A stretch of DNA of 56,837 nt, filler included, from Porpidia crustulata (taxonomy: Eukaryota), in NCBI GenBank assembly GCA_964255105.1. It is 4 parts of 4 records of this genome, joined end to end, with 100 filler letters (N's around TTAATTAATTAA, not from the genome) between each part and the next. Parts side by side here need not be neighbours in the genome. Positions count along the whole stretch, not along the records: positions 28,496 to 42,621 come from CAXUWE010000393.1; 3 more parts are not named here. One strand, 5' to 3'. The notes beneath the pieces were generated by a model that had not been told where the DNA came from, ran no database searches, and saw only the letters and a list, made by a program, of their open reading frames with translations. A program made the position numbers and the translations under genes. This document shows, piece by piece, positions 28,546-40,438 of the stretch (the stretch's first letter is position 1; each line of letters starts with the position of its first letter).

Positions 28546-29091
28546 TTAATTCGCACCCCACAGATTAAGTGATTGATTGCTTTTCAAAACGGGATCGCGG
28601 TCGGCTCGACCCAGGCCGCTAATGTAGGCATGAGGCACGCTATCGACCTGCCATACCCAAGGTCCCAAAGCGGAGATAGACTTGAGCGTGCCTGCGTTTT
28701 CTGTATAGAGGAAGAGTCGAAACGGGACGTCGAAGCGCGGCCAGATGTCCGGAGACCGGAGGAACGAGAGCATGGAGTACCATACATGGCCGTTCCTGGG
28801 GTTTGGCATGGTGCCTGCAGCGGCCAGACACAATGTATGCAGACACGCATAGGCGCTGTAAAGCTTTAATTTCTGGATTTTCCATTGGTCATAGCAAGAC
28901 TTCGATTGCTGGGAGAAGATTATTGAAGCTGCGAGGGCGTGGGGCAAGCAGCCGTAAACATACCATAGAGACATCTTAGTTAGACGACACTCTCTAGCCA
29001 AATTTGTACTAGCGCAACCGAGCATGTGCGGAATCCAGGATTCGGGGACTCCCGCTTCGAGAAGAAACAGGCGAAGAAGATCGTCACGCAA
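28546..29091 (-). CDS. Possible hypothetical protein or gene fragment
   Basis: 181-aa ORF with protein-like composition, a non-ATG start and no recognised motif. Confidence 0.3.
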   Translation of the reverse strand: MRDDLLRLFLLEAGVPESWIPHMLGCASTNLARECRLTKMSLWYVYGCLPHALAASIIFSQQSKSCYDQWKIQKLKLYSAYACLHTLCLAAAGTMPNPRNGHVWYSMLSFLRSPDIWPRFDVPFRLFLYTENAGTLKSISALGPWVWQVDSVPHAYISGLGRADRDPVLKSNQSLNLWGAN

Positions 29092-30711
29092 ACAGTCAAG
29101 TCTCTATCGTCTGGAAAATCAATTCATAAGTTGGCGCAGAGGGCAGTACTGATTAAACTACTTCCAAGAACAAAATACATCGACTCAAGAGCCAAGATTA
29201 TTTACACCAAGACAAGCCGTTATTGCAGTGCATGAGGCTACGGCAGTCAGCAAGAAGCTTAGACCGCGAGGCCAAGAGCTGAAACATTATTTGCTCTGAG
29301 CACATGCCATTCTCCCACACATCTTCGATTTCGAGGAATACCTACAGAGTTTATCCAACGCTAGACAAACTAGAAGGAGAGTATTACGTGATTGTACCAC
29401 CAACGAAAAAATCCTGGGCGTGAGATGGCAGTTGGGTCTCTTTGTCCCAGCTAGCGTGTTCCTGATGAGTCCATCCATCATACATAAGGCGCACAGGGAA
29501 AGGATTTAAGGATTTGAAGAAACGGGAAAGATATCATATCGATACAGCAGTCGGTTGGGATGTCCTGAATCATCATCACACCATTTGCCCTATCACGCCC
29601 GGTTGCTCGAAGTAGATGGCCCAGCTTTGAGGACCCTCGATACAGCTCTATGCTATCAGAACTGTCCGTTGGAGGCCATAAACTCTGTTACACTCGAAGC
29701 CTTTACTCCGTTATAGCTCCGCAAGATTGGGGCCAGTACAATGCCTGTGGTACAAGGTCACACTCAAAGGGCGCAGATGCGACGGTATCAGCCTCCATTC
29801 TAGAGAACTGGCAGCTGATACCTATAACATTCCCGAGAAAGCGGTAGCAGCCTTTGGGCAAGGCATGGCGCGCACGCTGCGGCGAGCTGGACTTAGGTTC
29901 CTGCACGTCATGAGATGACAAAGCAAATGTCTTATGAGCACGAAGAGGTACGCTCAGGAAAAATGAGAAAATGAAGAGCTGAATGCTGGCATATCTATTC
30001 ATCATCGATATGGGTTTCGTCACAGACACCTCCAAGATCACTGCACACACCCGTCTAACTATCTTGAGCGATTTAGAGAATGCACATATCAAGGTGAGTT
30101 TTTAGGGTCTATCTCATGCAAAATAAGCGAATCACCCCACAGACACGACGTGTCGCATTATTATCTATCGAATGACGAAGTTACCTAAAGTTTTGGGGGC
30201 AGCATTGGCTGTCGCCTATCATCGCATTCGAAGTTACCTACTGTAGTATGCAATGGTTCTCCTACCTTCCTGGAAATGGAAAAGCGTCGTTCAATCGACC
30301 TCCGACCCGATTGGGTCCTGCATTGTTCATCAAGATTCGACCTCCATGTTCGAGCCACCTTGCCAATAACGTATCATGATTTTCGTAAATCATAGGCTTT
30401 AGGCTAGCATCTTGCAGAGGGTCCTACATCCTTCTTGGAAACATGGATGTACTGGCATACAAAGTAACCAACCATTGCGTTTCGCTTTCCTTCTGGAATG
30501 CATTGGCGTTCGTGTATGCTTCTGCAGGCAGAATCATGTCACGCAGAGCTGAGATGCATACCGTTGTACGGGCCGCTCATGCTTCCCTCTCCTGCGTCCG
30601 CCAGCTCAACGTTAATATCAGTATATATGGACTAGAAGTTAGACCTCTCTTATTTTCTCCGAATTTTTTCGTCTCCATTTGTGCCTTCTGAAATTCTCTG
30701 TGCGTCTCACC

Positions 30712-32204
30712 ATGTCTCCTCCTACTTCGGATCCGTATACTACGCCTGCTCTGAAGCCGCCAAAGGGTGTTACTCCCAATTTTGTCGATCCAGCTTCCAA
30801 AGGGTATATATGTATTATCGTCATGATCGTTTACCTCGTCATTACCACTCCCTTCGTCGTTATCAGGATATATACGAGACACTTCATCAACCGGCGACTA
30901 TGGTGGGATGATTGTATGCTCCCTTGATCAGTGGGCCAGATATCCAAATAAGCTAACATATCCACAGACACGTCTGTGATTGCCTGGGTATGTACCTATA
31001 TCTCGCAATAGTAATAATGGGATAAGAGGTTCTGAAACTTCCTTAGTGCGGTCTTGTTGGATTAACCACCATCATCTTCGATGCGCTTAATTATGGCATT
31101 GGCAAGGATATGTGGAACGTTAATGTGGCAGATGCTCAACGTTTCTCCGAGGTAATAGACTTATCCGTACGCTACAGAGGTAATGCTGACGATCACAGCA
31201 TTTCCATGATCTCGAGATCGTTGCGCGGCTCTCGATTTTCTTCGCCAAATTATCCATCCTGCTACTCTTTCTTCGAATTTTCGTGCCACCTGGTGCTCGG
31301 AAGGGCGGGATCTTTTACGCAACTTGGTTTGTTATCTGGTTCAATCTGCTGTACTGCATCGCTCTAGTCCTCGTGGTCCTCACGGAGTGTATCAACAAAC
31401 ATGCGGCCCGAGGAGCCACCTGCATCAACAGCTATCTTTTACTCGTCACCGCTTCCATCATCAACGTGCTCTCGGATCTTGTGATGTTGGTGATTCCTAT
31501 ATACGCGGTCTGGCATTTGCAAATGGCGAAGAAACGAAAGTTTGGCCTGACCATCGTTTTTGCCGTTGGGTCACTGTGAGTACCACGCTGCTCCGTTCTT
31601 GGAATGATCAAGCTGACTCCGCAACAGTGCTGTCGTTGCGAGCGCAGCGCGGCTTGGCTTCCAAGTTGTACAAGCTCATGACAAAAATCAGACCATTCTG
31701 TTGATGACAGTATCAATCTTAGCGTATGCACTATTTCAATTTGGACAACAATTTCCACAGTGGTGCTGACTTCTTCACAGTATTGCCGAGCAAGTTGTCG
31801 GGATCATCGTCGGCTGCATGCCGATCCTGCCAGCCTTCTTCCGACATATTTCTGGCCAAAAGACCCAGTCCGCCAAACCGAGCAATAACGGCTACATTAG
31901 TAGTTTCATCTCCAATCGCAAGTCCAGGCCATCCAAGGGCAGTGCAAACGATCCTTACCTCATTAGCAAGGATTACCAGGAGCTGGATGATTTGGAGAGC
32001 GGAGCCCACGATGCTAAGGGGACGACCACTACTGTGATCAAGGGTGGGCGAAGCGACACCTCAATTCAGGACACCATAGTCGAGGAGTTACAGGAGAACC
32101 CGACAAGCAATGCCGTGGTGTCGAAGTCAGTGCACGTGGAATCACATCCAAGGGCGATTGGAGAAGCCCGGACAGCGCCGTTGCCCGTGCATATCAGGAG
32201 GTGA
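30712..32204 (+). CDS. Rhodopsin-domain (PTH11-like) integral membrane protein, about 6 exons
   Basis: PALKPPKGVTPNFVDP, IRIYTRHFINRRLWWDD, YGIGKDMWNV, FAKLSILLLFLRIF, NVLSDLVMLVIPIYAVWHLQM..KFGL and AEQVVGIIVGCMP, joined by canonical introns. Confidence 0.9.
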
Positions 32205-32592
32205 ATGACTAACGGAGAGCCCGAACCCATTAAAGGCTAAGAGTAAATGAACAGGTCTACTTTTGATGGGAGCTCTGGAGACTAGCGTCTGGCGTTCGAG
32301 GAAAACCTGGGGGAAGATACCACATCCTCGGTTATACTGTTCTCTACCTCTATCCGGTCTCCTTCCTATTTGTTGTCGAGCAATGTATAATAATAACGAA
32401 ATTGTTCTTCGACATACGTTTACCCCCGACTTAAATTGTAGGGAAAATTGCCGTCGTATCATCACAAATAAGATTGTTCGACACCGATGCAAACTGCCTT
32501 TTGGTTGCACTCGTCGGTACTTCCCTTATCTCACCATCTTACTATGTGACTCTAGGTTGAGTTCTGTCTACCTGCGGCTGTTTGAGGGTAAG

Positions 32593-34150
32593 ATGGGCGT
32601 ACAAGATTCAGGACGTAGGCAAGCTCAACATTCTCCCGAGCATTTTCGATGGCATCGGTAAAACTTGGCTGAGATGTGGACAGTGAAGAAGGAGCATGCC
32701 GATTCAGTAAAGGAAAATGTCTGGAGGGTGATGAACCAGTGGACGAGGTAACGCATCTAACATCTGGGCAAGTAGTCAAGAAAAATACCTAACGTGATAT
32801 CTAGACGCTGGGAATCTCTCGTAGAAGATAGACTTCATTTCCTTGTGTAGTCCATCAAGGAAGACATCATAACCTTTCTCACCTGGATCTTGGACTGTTA
32901 TCCCCGAGTCGGAAGAGGAGAAGCTTGCATGAATGTTGGAGACTGGTGCAGGCCATATCGGAAGTCAGTTGGCCGCAGTCTGCACGCTCAATCAATGGAA
33001 GAGCTCGGTGATGTAAGATGGAAGACCCCGATACATTTACCCAATGTTGATGCTGATTCGTCCCAGTACATTAACAGCTATCTGACAAGAAAATACAATA
33101 TTAACACGGCCACGCGAGAGAAGTCGGTTATGAACGTTGATGACGTTTACGTCGTCCTTTATCGTCACTGGATTCCAGACACTCGGTCTTCCCGGACGAA
33201 CGACAGAGGCTATAGGTAACTCTTCTACTTCTTCTCTCTGCGTACGCAGCGACTAGGCCTGCTGCGCTAGTGTATACGATGGCCGACCGGAGAAAAACAA
33301 AAGAAGCACACCATTGGATGGGAGAACGACGATTGTGGCGACGCTGATCCAACGGATATTGGCTGGAAGGACATCAGGACTGTCTGTTACGAGGACGTGA
33401 ACACTTGTGATATCTCCGAACTCGGAAGGGAAACGACACGCCCTTGCAATGGAGGTAACTCTGAAGTATACGAAAGGATCAGGGAAGAAACCAAAGCCGT
33501 AAGTGGGTTTCCACAGGACCCAGTGCTGCGGTGCCAGTTATTTTCTCGCAAGAACTACGTACCCACTGAGGTTGACATTTCTGTCTTCGATCCAATCATT
33601 CTTTTGATCACCATAGTCTTTTTGGATGACGTATTCGAGGCCGAGATTACGTCAGTAGAAGATGGTTTCTACATGCAGGTCGGCGCATCGCGGCGCAGCT
33701 TAGAATTTCGTCGAGTGAAGACCCCCATCTTCCGGCAAGCTGAACGGACTGCGAACGGCATTGAGACATTGTCCATCCAAGCTTTACGATATTACACCTG
33801 TCTCCATTACCTCCAGCGGCCAAACCTCCAGGCAGAATTTTTGCAAATCCTTGATGCCTGTGCGATCCGAAGGGGTACTGATGAGGCAGTTGAAGGTAAG
33901 TGACGTTTACCTCATCCGAGTATCTGCAACGTGTTCTAATACCTCTCAGTAGCTGTGGCCCAAGTTCAGATTCAATAGGTTATGGGCCATAAAGACGCTG
34001 ATGTCTATCAAGCCTACATCAATCTACGTGTTTAGTGTGATGTATAAGTCGTCTTTCTCGATCGCTCTTCATCAAAAGCCATGTTCAAGATAGTCACAGA
34101 TATGAATCGTCACGTTGATCCTCGAACGCTCATAGATATCAGTCGAAAGA
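32593..34150 (+). pseudogene. DUF3435-type tyrosine recombinase (Starship captain), degraded and 3'-truncated
   Basis: Motifs read across frames: FLTWILD..LYRKSVGR; FPDERQRL*VTLLLLLSAYAATRPAALVY (33192-33275); LCYEDV; LAMEVTLKYTKGSGKKPKP; FDPIILLITIVFLDDVFEA; PIFRQAERT; CAIRRGT; Q*VMGHKDADVYQAYIN; MNRHVDPR. Multiple in-frame stops and frameshifts. Confidence 0.85.
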
Positions 34151-34189
34151 GATTCAGATTCTTAAAGTCGGCTTCAGTATTGTTCGCAT

Positions 34190-34510
34190 CTGGCTCTGAG
34201 CCAGAACATTCCACAAATCAGCTTAAGGCATGGGCTATGCTATGACAAGTGATAAAGAAACCTTCCGGCATGGAGCGACCGCATACCGGAACTCCAAGAA
34301 TTGGACGAAGGAAAAGCGAGACGAGTTCATTAAGGTTGCAAACGGGAGGGTGGTAGATCTGCACACAGCATCAGCATCTTTGGGCCACCACTTGACGCAG
34401 GGATGTCCACCTCGACAACCAGACTTGATGCGACAGAGTCTCAAACGTCAGCTGACGAGCTGGGTCTGGATGATCATGATGACATATCTGCGTCTTATAG
34501 CAAGCGCGTA
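34190..34510 (+). pseudogene. C-terminal fragment of a widespread fungal accessory protein
   Basis: PEHSTNQLKAWAM/TSDKETFRHGATAYRNSKNWTKEKRDEFIKVAN..SQTSADEL. A GCTAT duplication at ~34234-34243 frameshifts it; no 5' part is present. Confidence 0.6.
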
Positions 34511-34934
34511 AGAAGATGGCTTGGTGACGCAGAGGAAACGACAGGGCAGCAGTAGAAACAAAGCAGCGATTCCAATTGAACTTGAAATATAAGCGTAGTA
34601 ATGCGGTCTAAGAGACTATCCTTATTATAGAGCCAGAGATCCATGTCCCGTAAATTCACGAAGGCCGCAGTATTCTCTTCGAATGGAAGGATAAGCTCAC
34701 AATCCCCGATCTTGAAGTTCGGCGGTTATGCTAGCTTGCATTCACACTTAGGTGTACCGGTCGGTTGATAGGAGCATGTGTGACCGTAACGCTAGTCGTA
34801 GGCATGGACATCGATACCCCAAAGTTCTTTCACGTAGAAATTCGCTGTTGCTTCTTTGACCCTAGCTCTTGTGCCTGCCACAATATCTACAATAATGCTT
34901 CGGCGATTTTTCTCTGAACGATCCGGCGAGCCCG

Positions 34935-34979
34935 TCCGTAGCCTTCCATAATGAATATCCGTAGCCTTCCATAATGAAT
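34935..34979. repeat. 23-bp-period tandem duplication
   Basis: TCCGTAGCCTTCCATAATGAAT at 34935 and again at 34958. Confidence 0.95.
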
Positions 34980-35915
34980 GCCCAACCCATTGACGGAATG
35001 AATCTTCTGACTGATGGTCTCGTTGGCGAGTAGCTTCGGTGTTGGGCTCCCACATTCGCCATCGTCATAGGCCTGCTGTCCATTTCTTGTCCGTGGATAG
35101 TGGATTAAGACGCCTTATTTATCTCCAGTGGAAAATAAATATATCGAAGCGGGCGGATGGTTTCAACGCGTAGGGTAGTGACATCAGAAGATATGTAGCT
35201 TCAAGTGTTTAACAGGCTTGAAGGAGCGGAAAAGCGAAGACGAGATTAATGGACGAGACAATAAGAAATCTACGGCAACCTGCGTTTAAGATCATAGCCA
35301 AGCTCATGGGCTCGATGGAATACACCCAAAAGAGCATAATCACATGCAAGTCCCCGAGCAGGAGAGCGGTGACGCCCACGGAGAAGATGTCAGCAGCGGC
35401 GAATACTTTGATCACACCCGAATGTTAGCAAAAGCGAGAGAGGTTGTACGGAAGAGCCGAGGAAAGAAGAAGTACTGGTGCTAGAATCTAATTAGAAAGA
35501 GACGGAGGCTCTGGTGCTGCTCCTACGGTGAGGGAGGAGGGATTTGTGTAGAATGTGGGCATAATCGATGTTCAAAGTGTCTATTGTTAATCAATTGATC
35601 AAAGTTTCGAGATTCTTTGTTTCGGAGGATCGAAGCCGCACTAGAGCAGACATCCGATTGGAGGTGCATACGTTCCCAGCTCAAAGTTAAGCTCAAAACA
35701 CTTTGGAGTAAATTGGTCATTTCTGGCACCTTCGAATTGAAGCTTCATGGTGTCAAATAATGCATAGCGTTCAGCCTCATCTCCGCATAGGACATGCATC
35801 TGGCTAATGAGAAGGCTGATGTAGAAGCTGCTTCTTGATGTTCGACCAACAACACAAGCCAAAAAGCAGGAATCTTGGGGCCCTCTGATGTCGTCACGTC
35901 GATGGCGGTGGCTTT

Positions 35916-36690
35916 CTATCTGAGTGTCCGATTCCGTACAACAGGTAAATTGAGTTCAGCTAGTGATGGTAACCGAAGTAGACCATCTCTGGGTACAGTG
36001 CTGCTGTGTCGTATATGTGATTGAGATGGCATGGACGTCGATGGCATGGGCTGGTTGCTTGACAACGAGAAGGCCGTCACGCCGGCGCGACGGGCCATCT
36101 CGTGCTCACCTATCTGCCAGTGCATGGCTTCGGCTGCTTGCCATGGCAATGTCAGCTCCTCTGCGATCTTCGCCCACATATCTACTTTGAATCTAGATGA
36201 GGGAATCAGCCTTCTCTCGCACAAGATGGGATCTTGTGCCAAGTTTCTCGACATACTTTTCATATAACCTGGCGAGCTTATTCTTCCTACTCTCGTCCCA
36301 TTTCCTTCGTCGCTCAAGGTAGTTCTGGTAACGGAGGCGACAACTGATCGCGCTTCGACCTGGGAGCTGCTTGCTGATGTCCTCCCATTTCATACCATTG
36401 CCATGAAGCTTGATGATCTCCGTATCGTCTTTCTCTGACCACTTTGACTGCTTCTTGGCTATCGACTCCGACGGATAAGCTTGAGCATCGGAGACCCTCT
36501 TTGCTGGGATGGACGATGATACTGCGGCCAAATTGGTAAAGTGGTTTGCTTTCTCGGCCTTGGGCTTCAGCAACAGTGAGATATCCAGGGTGGCCGACGT
36601 TGAATGAGGGAATTGCTGGCTTGTCCGATGGAGGTAGCTCTTGTAGTCGAGTGGTCGCTTCTTCAGAATGCTCCTCAGCGTTTTGGTCAA
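35916..36690 (-). CDS. MYB/SANT-like DNA-binding protein
   Basis: KKQSKWSEKDDTEIIKLHGNGMKWEDISKQLPGRSAISCRLRYQNYL..WDESRKNKLARLYE, then an intron (~36256-36193), then FKVDMWAKIAEELTLPWQAAEAMHW. Start codon uncertain. Confidence 0.85.
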
Positions 36691-37073
36691 AGATTTCGGA
36701 ACCGCCTGCTTTAGTAATTGGAATGTGGTGAATTTCTCGTGTGCCCGAAGGTGTGAAAGTAATATTCACGTCTTCAAAAAGGGTAGTTGACGATCCGGCT
36801 GGCTCACATTACTACATTTCCTAGCTGCCATGAGCCACCACGGGACTATCAAGAACGATAATAGGAGGTGATGGGGCTTTCCGTTTCCCCATATTTGAGG
36901 TAGGTTTCGAATAGTAGCAAGGTGACCGAAACAATCAATTTTTAGGTTTTGAGATAAGGTGACTGCCAGGAATAGCCCTATGGCTCGGACAGGATACTTG
37001 AAATACATAAATCATCGACGAGGAATTAAAAGGCAACCAAGACGAACGAGGCAGAAACGATAGGTACAAATTA

Positions 37074-37620
37074 ATGGAGCAGGGACAAGGTGACCGGGCA
37101 ACATGTTGCCTGACAAGTAGTACGGTCGAAATCTCGTTGGGGGATATGATAATGATCGCTGACTTGAAATTGCTAACAGTACGTGACGAAATTGAGAGCA
37201 ACATTCAGGCCAGCGAAAGTATAATGGACGAAAGTGTGTGCCTGGACACAGATGACGAGACGGAACTACAAAACACCACGGAATTTGGGAAGACGAAGCC
37301 TCCTCCCCGTTCTTCACAAGTTGTAGTCTCGGCATTAAGAAGTAGCACGAGGATTGGAAGGAGCGGCACGAAGACTGCGGTCCTATACTCGACGGCGGGG
37401 CCATCAAGAACCAGATACTGGTGAAGGAAATGACTACAACGTCGCTGAAGCAAGAAAGTCTCAAGGAGAGATGGATCCGCAAGAACAAGCATTATATCGG
37501 TCTAGCACGCGAAGATCAGTATGACTGGGAAGAAAGCAAGGACAGACATCCATGCAGCAAAGTGGAGGTGTACGTGACACTCAAACGAACGTGGTCTCCC
37601 TCAGACGATCCTCCACTATG
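37074..37620 (+). pseudogene. Possible FHA/protein-kinase N-lobe relic
   Basis: ISLGDMIMIADL (FHA-like end), then IGRSGTKTAV..TRY/LVKEM..E (resembles subdomains I-III) with a frameshift at ~37420. Confidence 0.3.
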
Positions 37621-37792
37621 CTCTAAGAGATGCTCAAAATATTGTAGATTAAGCTTGAGCTGATTGAGCGGGCCATATTTCTCACGCTAATTTTCACTGC
37701 GTGAAAGATATGTGTCGCACAGTACGCGTCGCTTCCTAGAGAGGCACTGTGTGACATTTGTAACCATGTGCCTTTGCTCAGAGATTGATTAG

Positions 37793-40438
37793 TTGAGAGG
37801 ACCTTCAGCGAAGGATGAGGATGTTTCTCAGCTAGTACTCTCTCCTGCCACTGAGTCCAGCTTAGAAGTTCACCTAGAGACAATTCGTTTGCTGCTTTAG
37901 AAATCAAGGCGCCTGTCCAAGAACCTACCGTATACGCTGCGTCGTTGAAAGGTAGCTGGAATAGCCCGTCGAGAACGTACGGGGGCGATCTTCCGGCGAC
38001 AATTCGACCATGAGGCACCACGGGAAATGTTCGAGAAATTCAAAGCAAATCTTGGGGCGTTCTGGTGCCGGGAGACGGATGATTTGCCACCAAGTAATGA
38101 ACAACAAGCCGCACTACTTCAAGACTCCGTGTACTATGCGCTAAAGAGATATCTACACCTTGATCAAGGTGAAGCACATCAAATACTGGTTCGCAGGCCG
38201 AATCGTATCGTCGTTTAACTTTTGTCGGAGGTTCTCCCAGCCCGATACGATCCCGAAGTAATTGCGAGTTCCTTTCACGACGTATCATTGTTTACCGATT
38301 GATCTCAAGAGGAGCTTCAAAGACACATTGCTCAATTTCGTGATGCGGGAAATAGATACGTGAATCTAGCCTTTCAATTAGGAGGTATAGGAGCGACCTG
38401 GTGTCTCCCGTTGGAAGTAGCTCGCACAGCGTAAATCTTTCATGTTAGTGAAATACCACTGATACTGATCATTTTCTTTAGCTGGGAGAGATATCTCCCG
38501 AAAAGCGGTGAAGATTTTCAGAGCGCTATCAAACATCTCAAGTCGGCGGGAATAGCTGAGCAGTCACGCAACTATGATGATTTTGTTAAGCAGCTCATAT
38601 ACCTTCAAATCAAACGTAAGTCCTGCGCGCATTTTATTTCTCACTTCTCACTCATTCATTACAGCAATATTTGGAGACTCCCGATTACTGGAAACGTACT
38701 TGGGTCCTCCGAAGGAGATTGAGCCTTTGGTTCGGCTAGGCTCTCCCACTGCCGCTATTCGTTCCAATGCTTCAAACGCATTGGAAGAAGTATCTATCAG
38801 CCAGCAAGAATCTGCAACCGGCAGCTCGCCAGAGACAGCCATGATTTTGCTCTTTCATGCCATGGGCGGTCCCATCCCAAGGATCTTCTTTGATCTTGCG
38901 TCTTATACGCAACAACGATTTGACAAGGATGGCAAGCAATATGAAGTGACACCACACTACACAGCCCTTGATCAGGCTCTGGTCCATCTACTGGATGCAA
39001 CAAAATTGAGACAAAATATTGAGCACCTGATCTCGCGTTCCACGATCAGTGTACAAGGCACAGCTTATGTGTATCATGATGATTCTGCTCGAGACTTATT
39101 TGAGCGGTCTAGGGAATATTGGATCCGTCAAGCTTTCATGCTTTGCTGTTATGTTTTTCCACGCAGCTCAGGTACAAATCCCTTGTAAGTCGGGAATGCC
39201 TGTTTTTGTCTCGCTCAATAGATCGCTTATGTCGTCTAGGTCCTCTCCAGGTAAAGAGTTGCTAGTCGTGGTTCACAATATGTTGCGCGTATACGTGGAA
39301 AGTGGCTTGGAACTACCACGTTGCAATAACACAGTGGAGACTTTACTATCCGCATCCAAATTCGAGGGCCTGCGGGAGAGAGAGAATCTGCTCAGAATGG
39401 GGGCACATCTACAACCAGAGCCCCCAGAACCACATGTGCGTGCCGAGATTGTTTACCGGCTGAGTGTTACATTCCGCTCGAGGGCGCATATTGGACTCGG
39501 AGCGCATACTAAATGAGTTTCTTAACAGCCGAAGTTTGGAATCGAATCAGGAATTTCATAATATTCTTGGTCTTCTACATTTATCGCAAGCTAATAATCA
39601 AGCGTACCGTTTCGACTTCCGCGGGGCGCGTGAGGGAACTTGCAAATGGCATCCTTTGAGCGACAATCTCTCGGATTCTCAACTGCGTCTGCTGTGGGAC
39701 CAATTATGCTGCAATGGCCGGATTTTGAGAGGAGAAGGTCAGTTTGACGAAGCAAGGCTCTGCTTTGAAGGATGTCTGGCCACACCTGGCCTCCCCCAAC
39801 CCAAGCGATTTCTTATCATATTTCACCTTTCGGATCTATATTGTGAAGTGGACTACATGCAACGGAACAACCCTCAGCAGTTGACACAGCAATTGACATG
39901 CCTGGATATGGAGAGAGAGATCGTGCAAGGAGAAATCAAATGTATCAGGACGTTGGGCAAGCCTTCGAAGGGCTTGAGAAGACTACTTCTCTCCTTGGTT
40001 GAGATCGAAATCAGACAAGGCCACCTTGACAGGGCTGAATGCTCAATCAGTGAGCTTATGGATATCTATAGCAAGATTGATGAACCAGACGTTAATGACC
40101 GAGTTGGGCATGTGCGAACACTAATTGCCAGGGCGCGCATATCTCATCTATGTGAAGCGGAAATGCACTGGAATGCTGCCCTATTTCAGAATAGGGCCTA
40201 CAACCCTTTGGAAGAGGAAGTTTTCACCTGCGGAGTGATATATCTTTTCATTGCCCTTGTGCGCTTTCAACTTGGGGATGTTGATGCGTCGCAATCAATA
40301 TTCAAGAAAGCGACCGAGGTCATCTGTAAGAAGAGGCCCCAATTTCTCATGCCTGGTATTGGGACGTATTTGTTCGACTTTGTAAGATCAGAGTTGATGT
40401 CAAGGGCGGGCTGGGTACTACCGAAGATAGCTCAGTGA
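37793..40438 (+). pseudogene. NLR-like gene: unknown N-terminal domain, winged-helix-like region and TPR-like repeats; disrupted
   Basis: Multi-exon, with in-frame TAG and TGA upstream of MFEKFK. Contains AGNRYVNLAFQLGGIG..LP..WERYLPKSG, LLFHAMGGPIPRIFF..LDQALVHLL, and the TPR-like GRILRGEGQFDEARLCFE. Frameshift at ~39470-39490. Confidence 0.65.

Noticed and set aside
29100..30200. Scattered short ORFs upstream of the PTH11-like gene
   Set aside because: No recognisable motif or consistent exon structure.
17936..32204. Two PTH11-like genes as a receptor cluster
   Set aside because: They lie on different contigs and are dissimilar.
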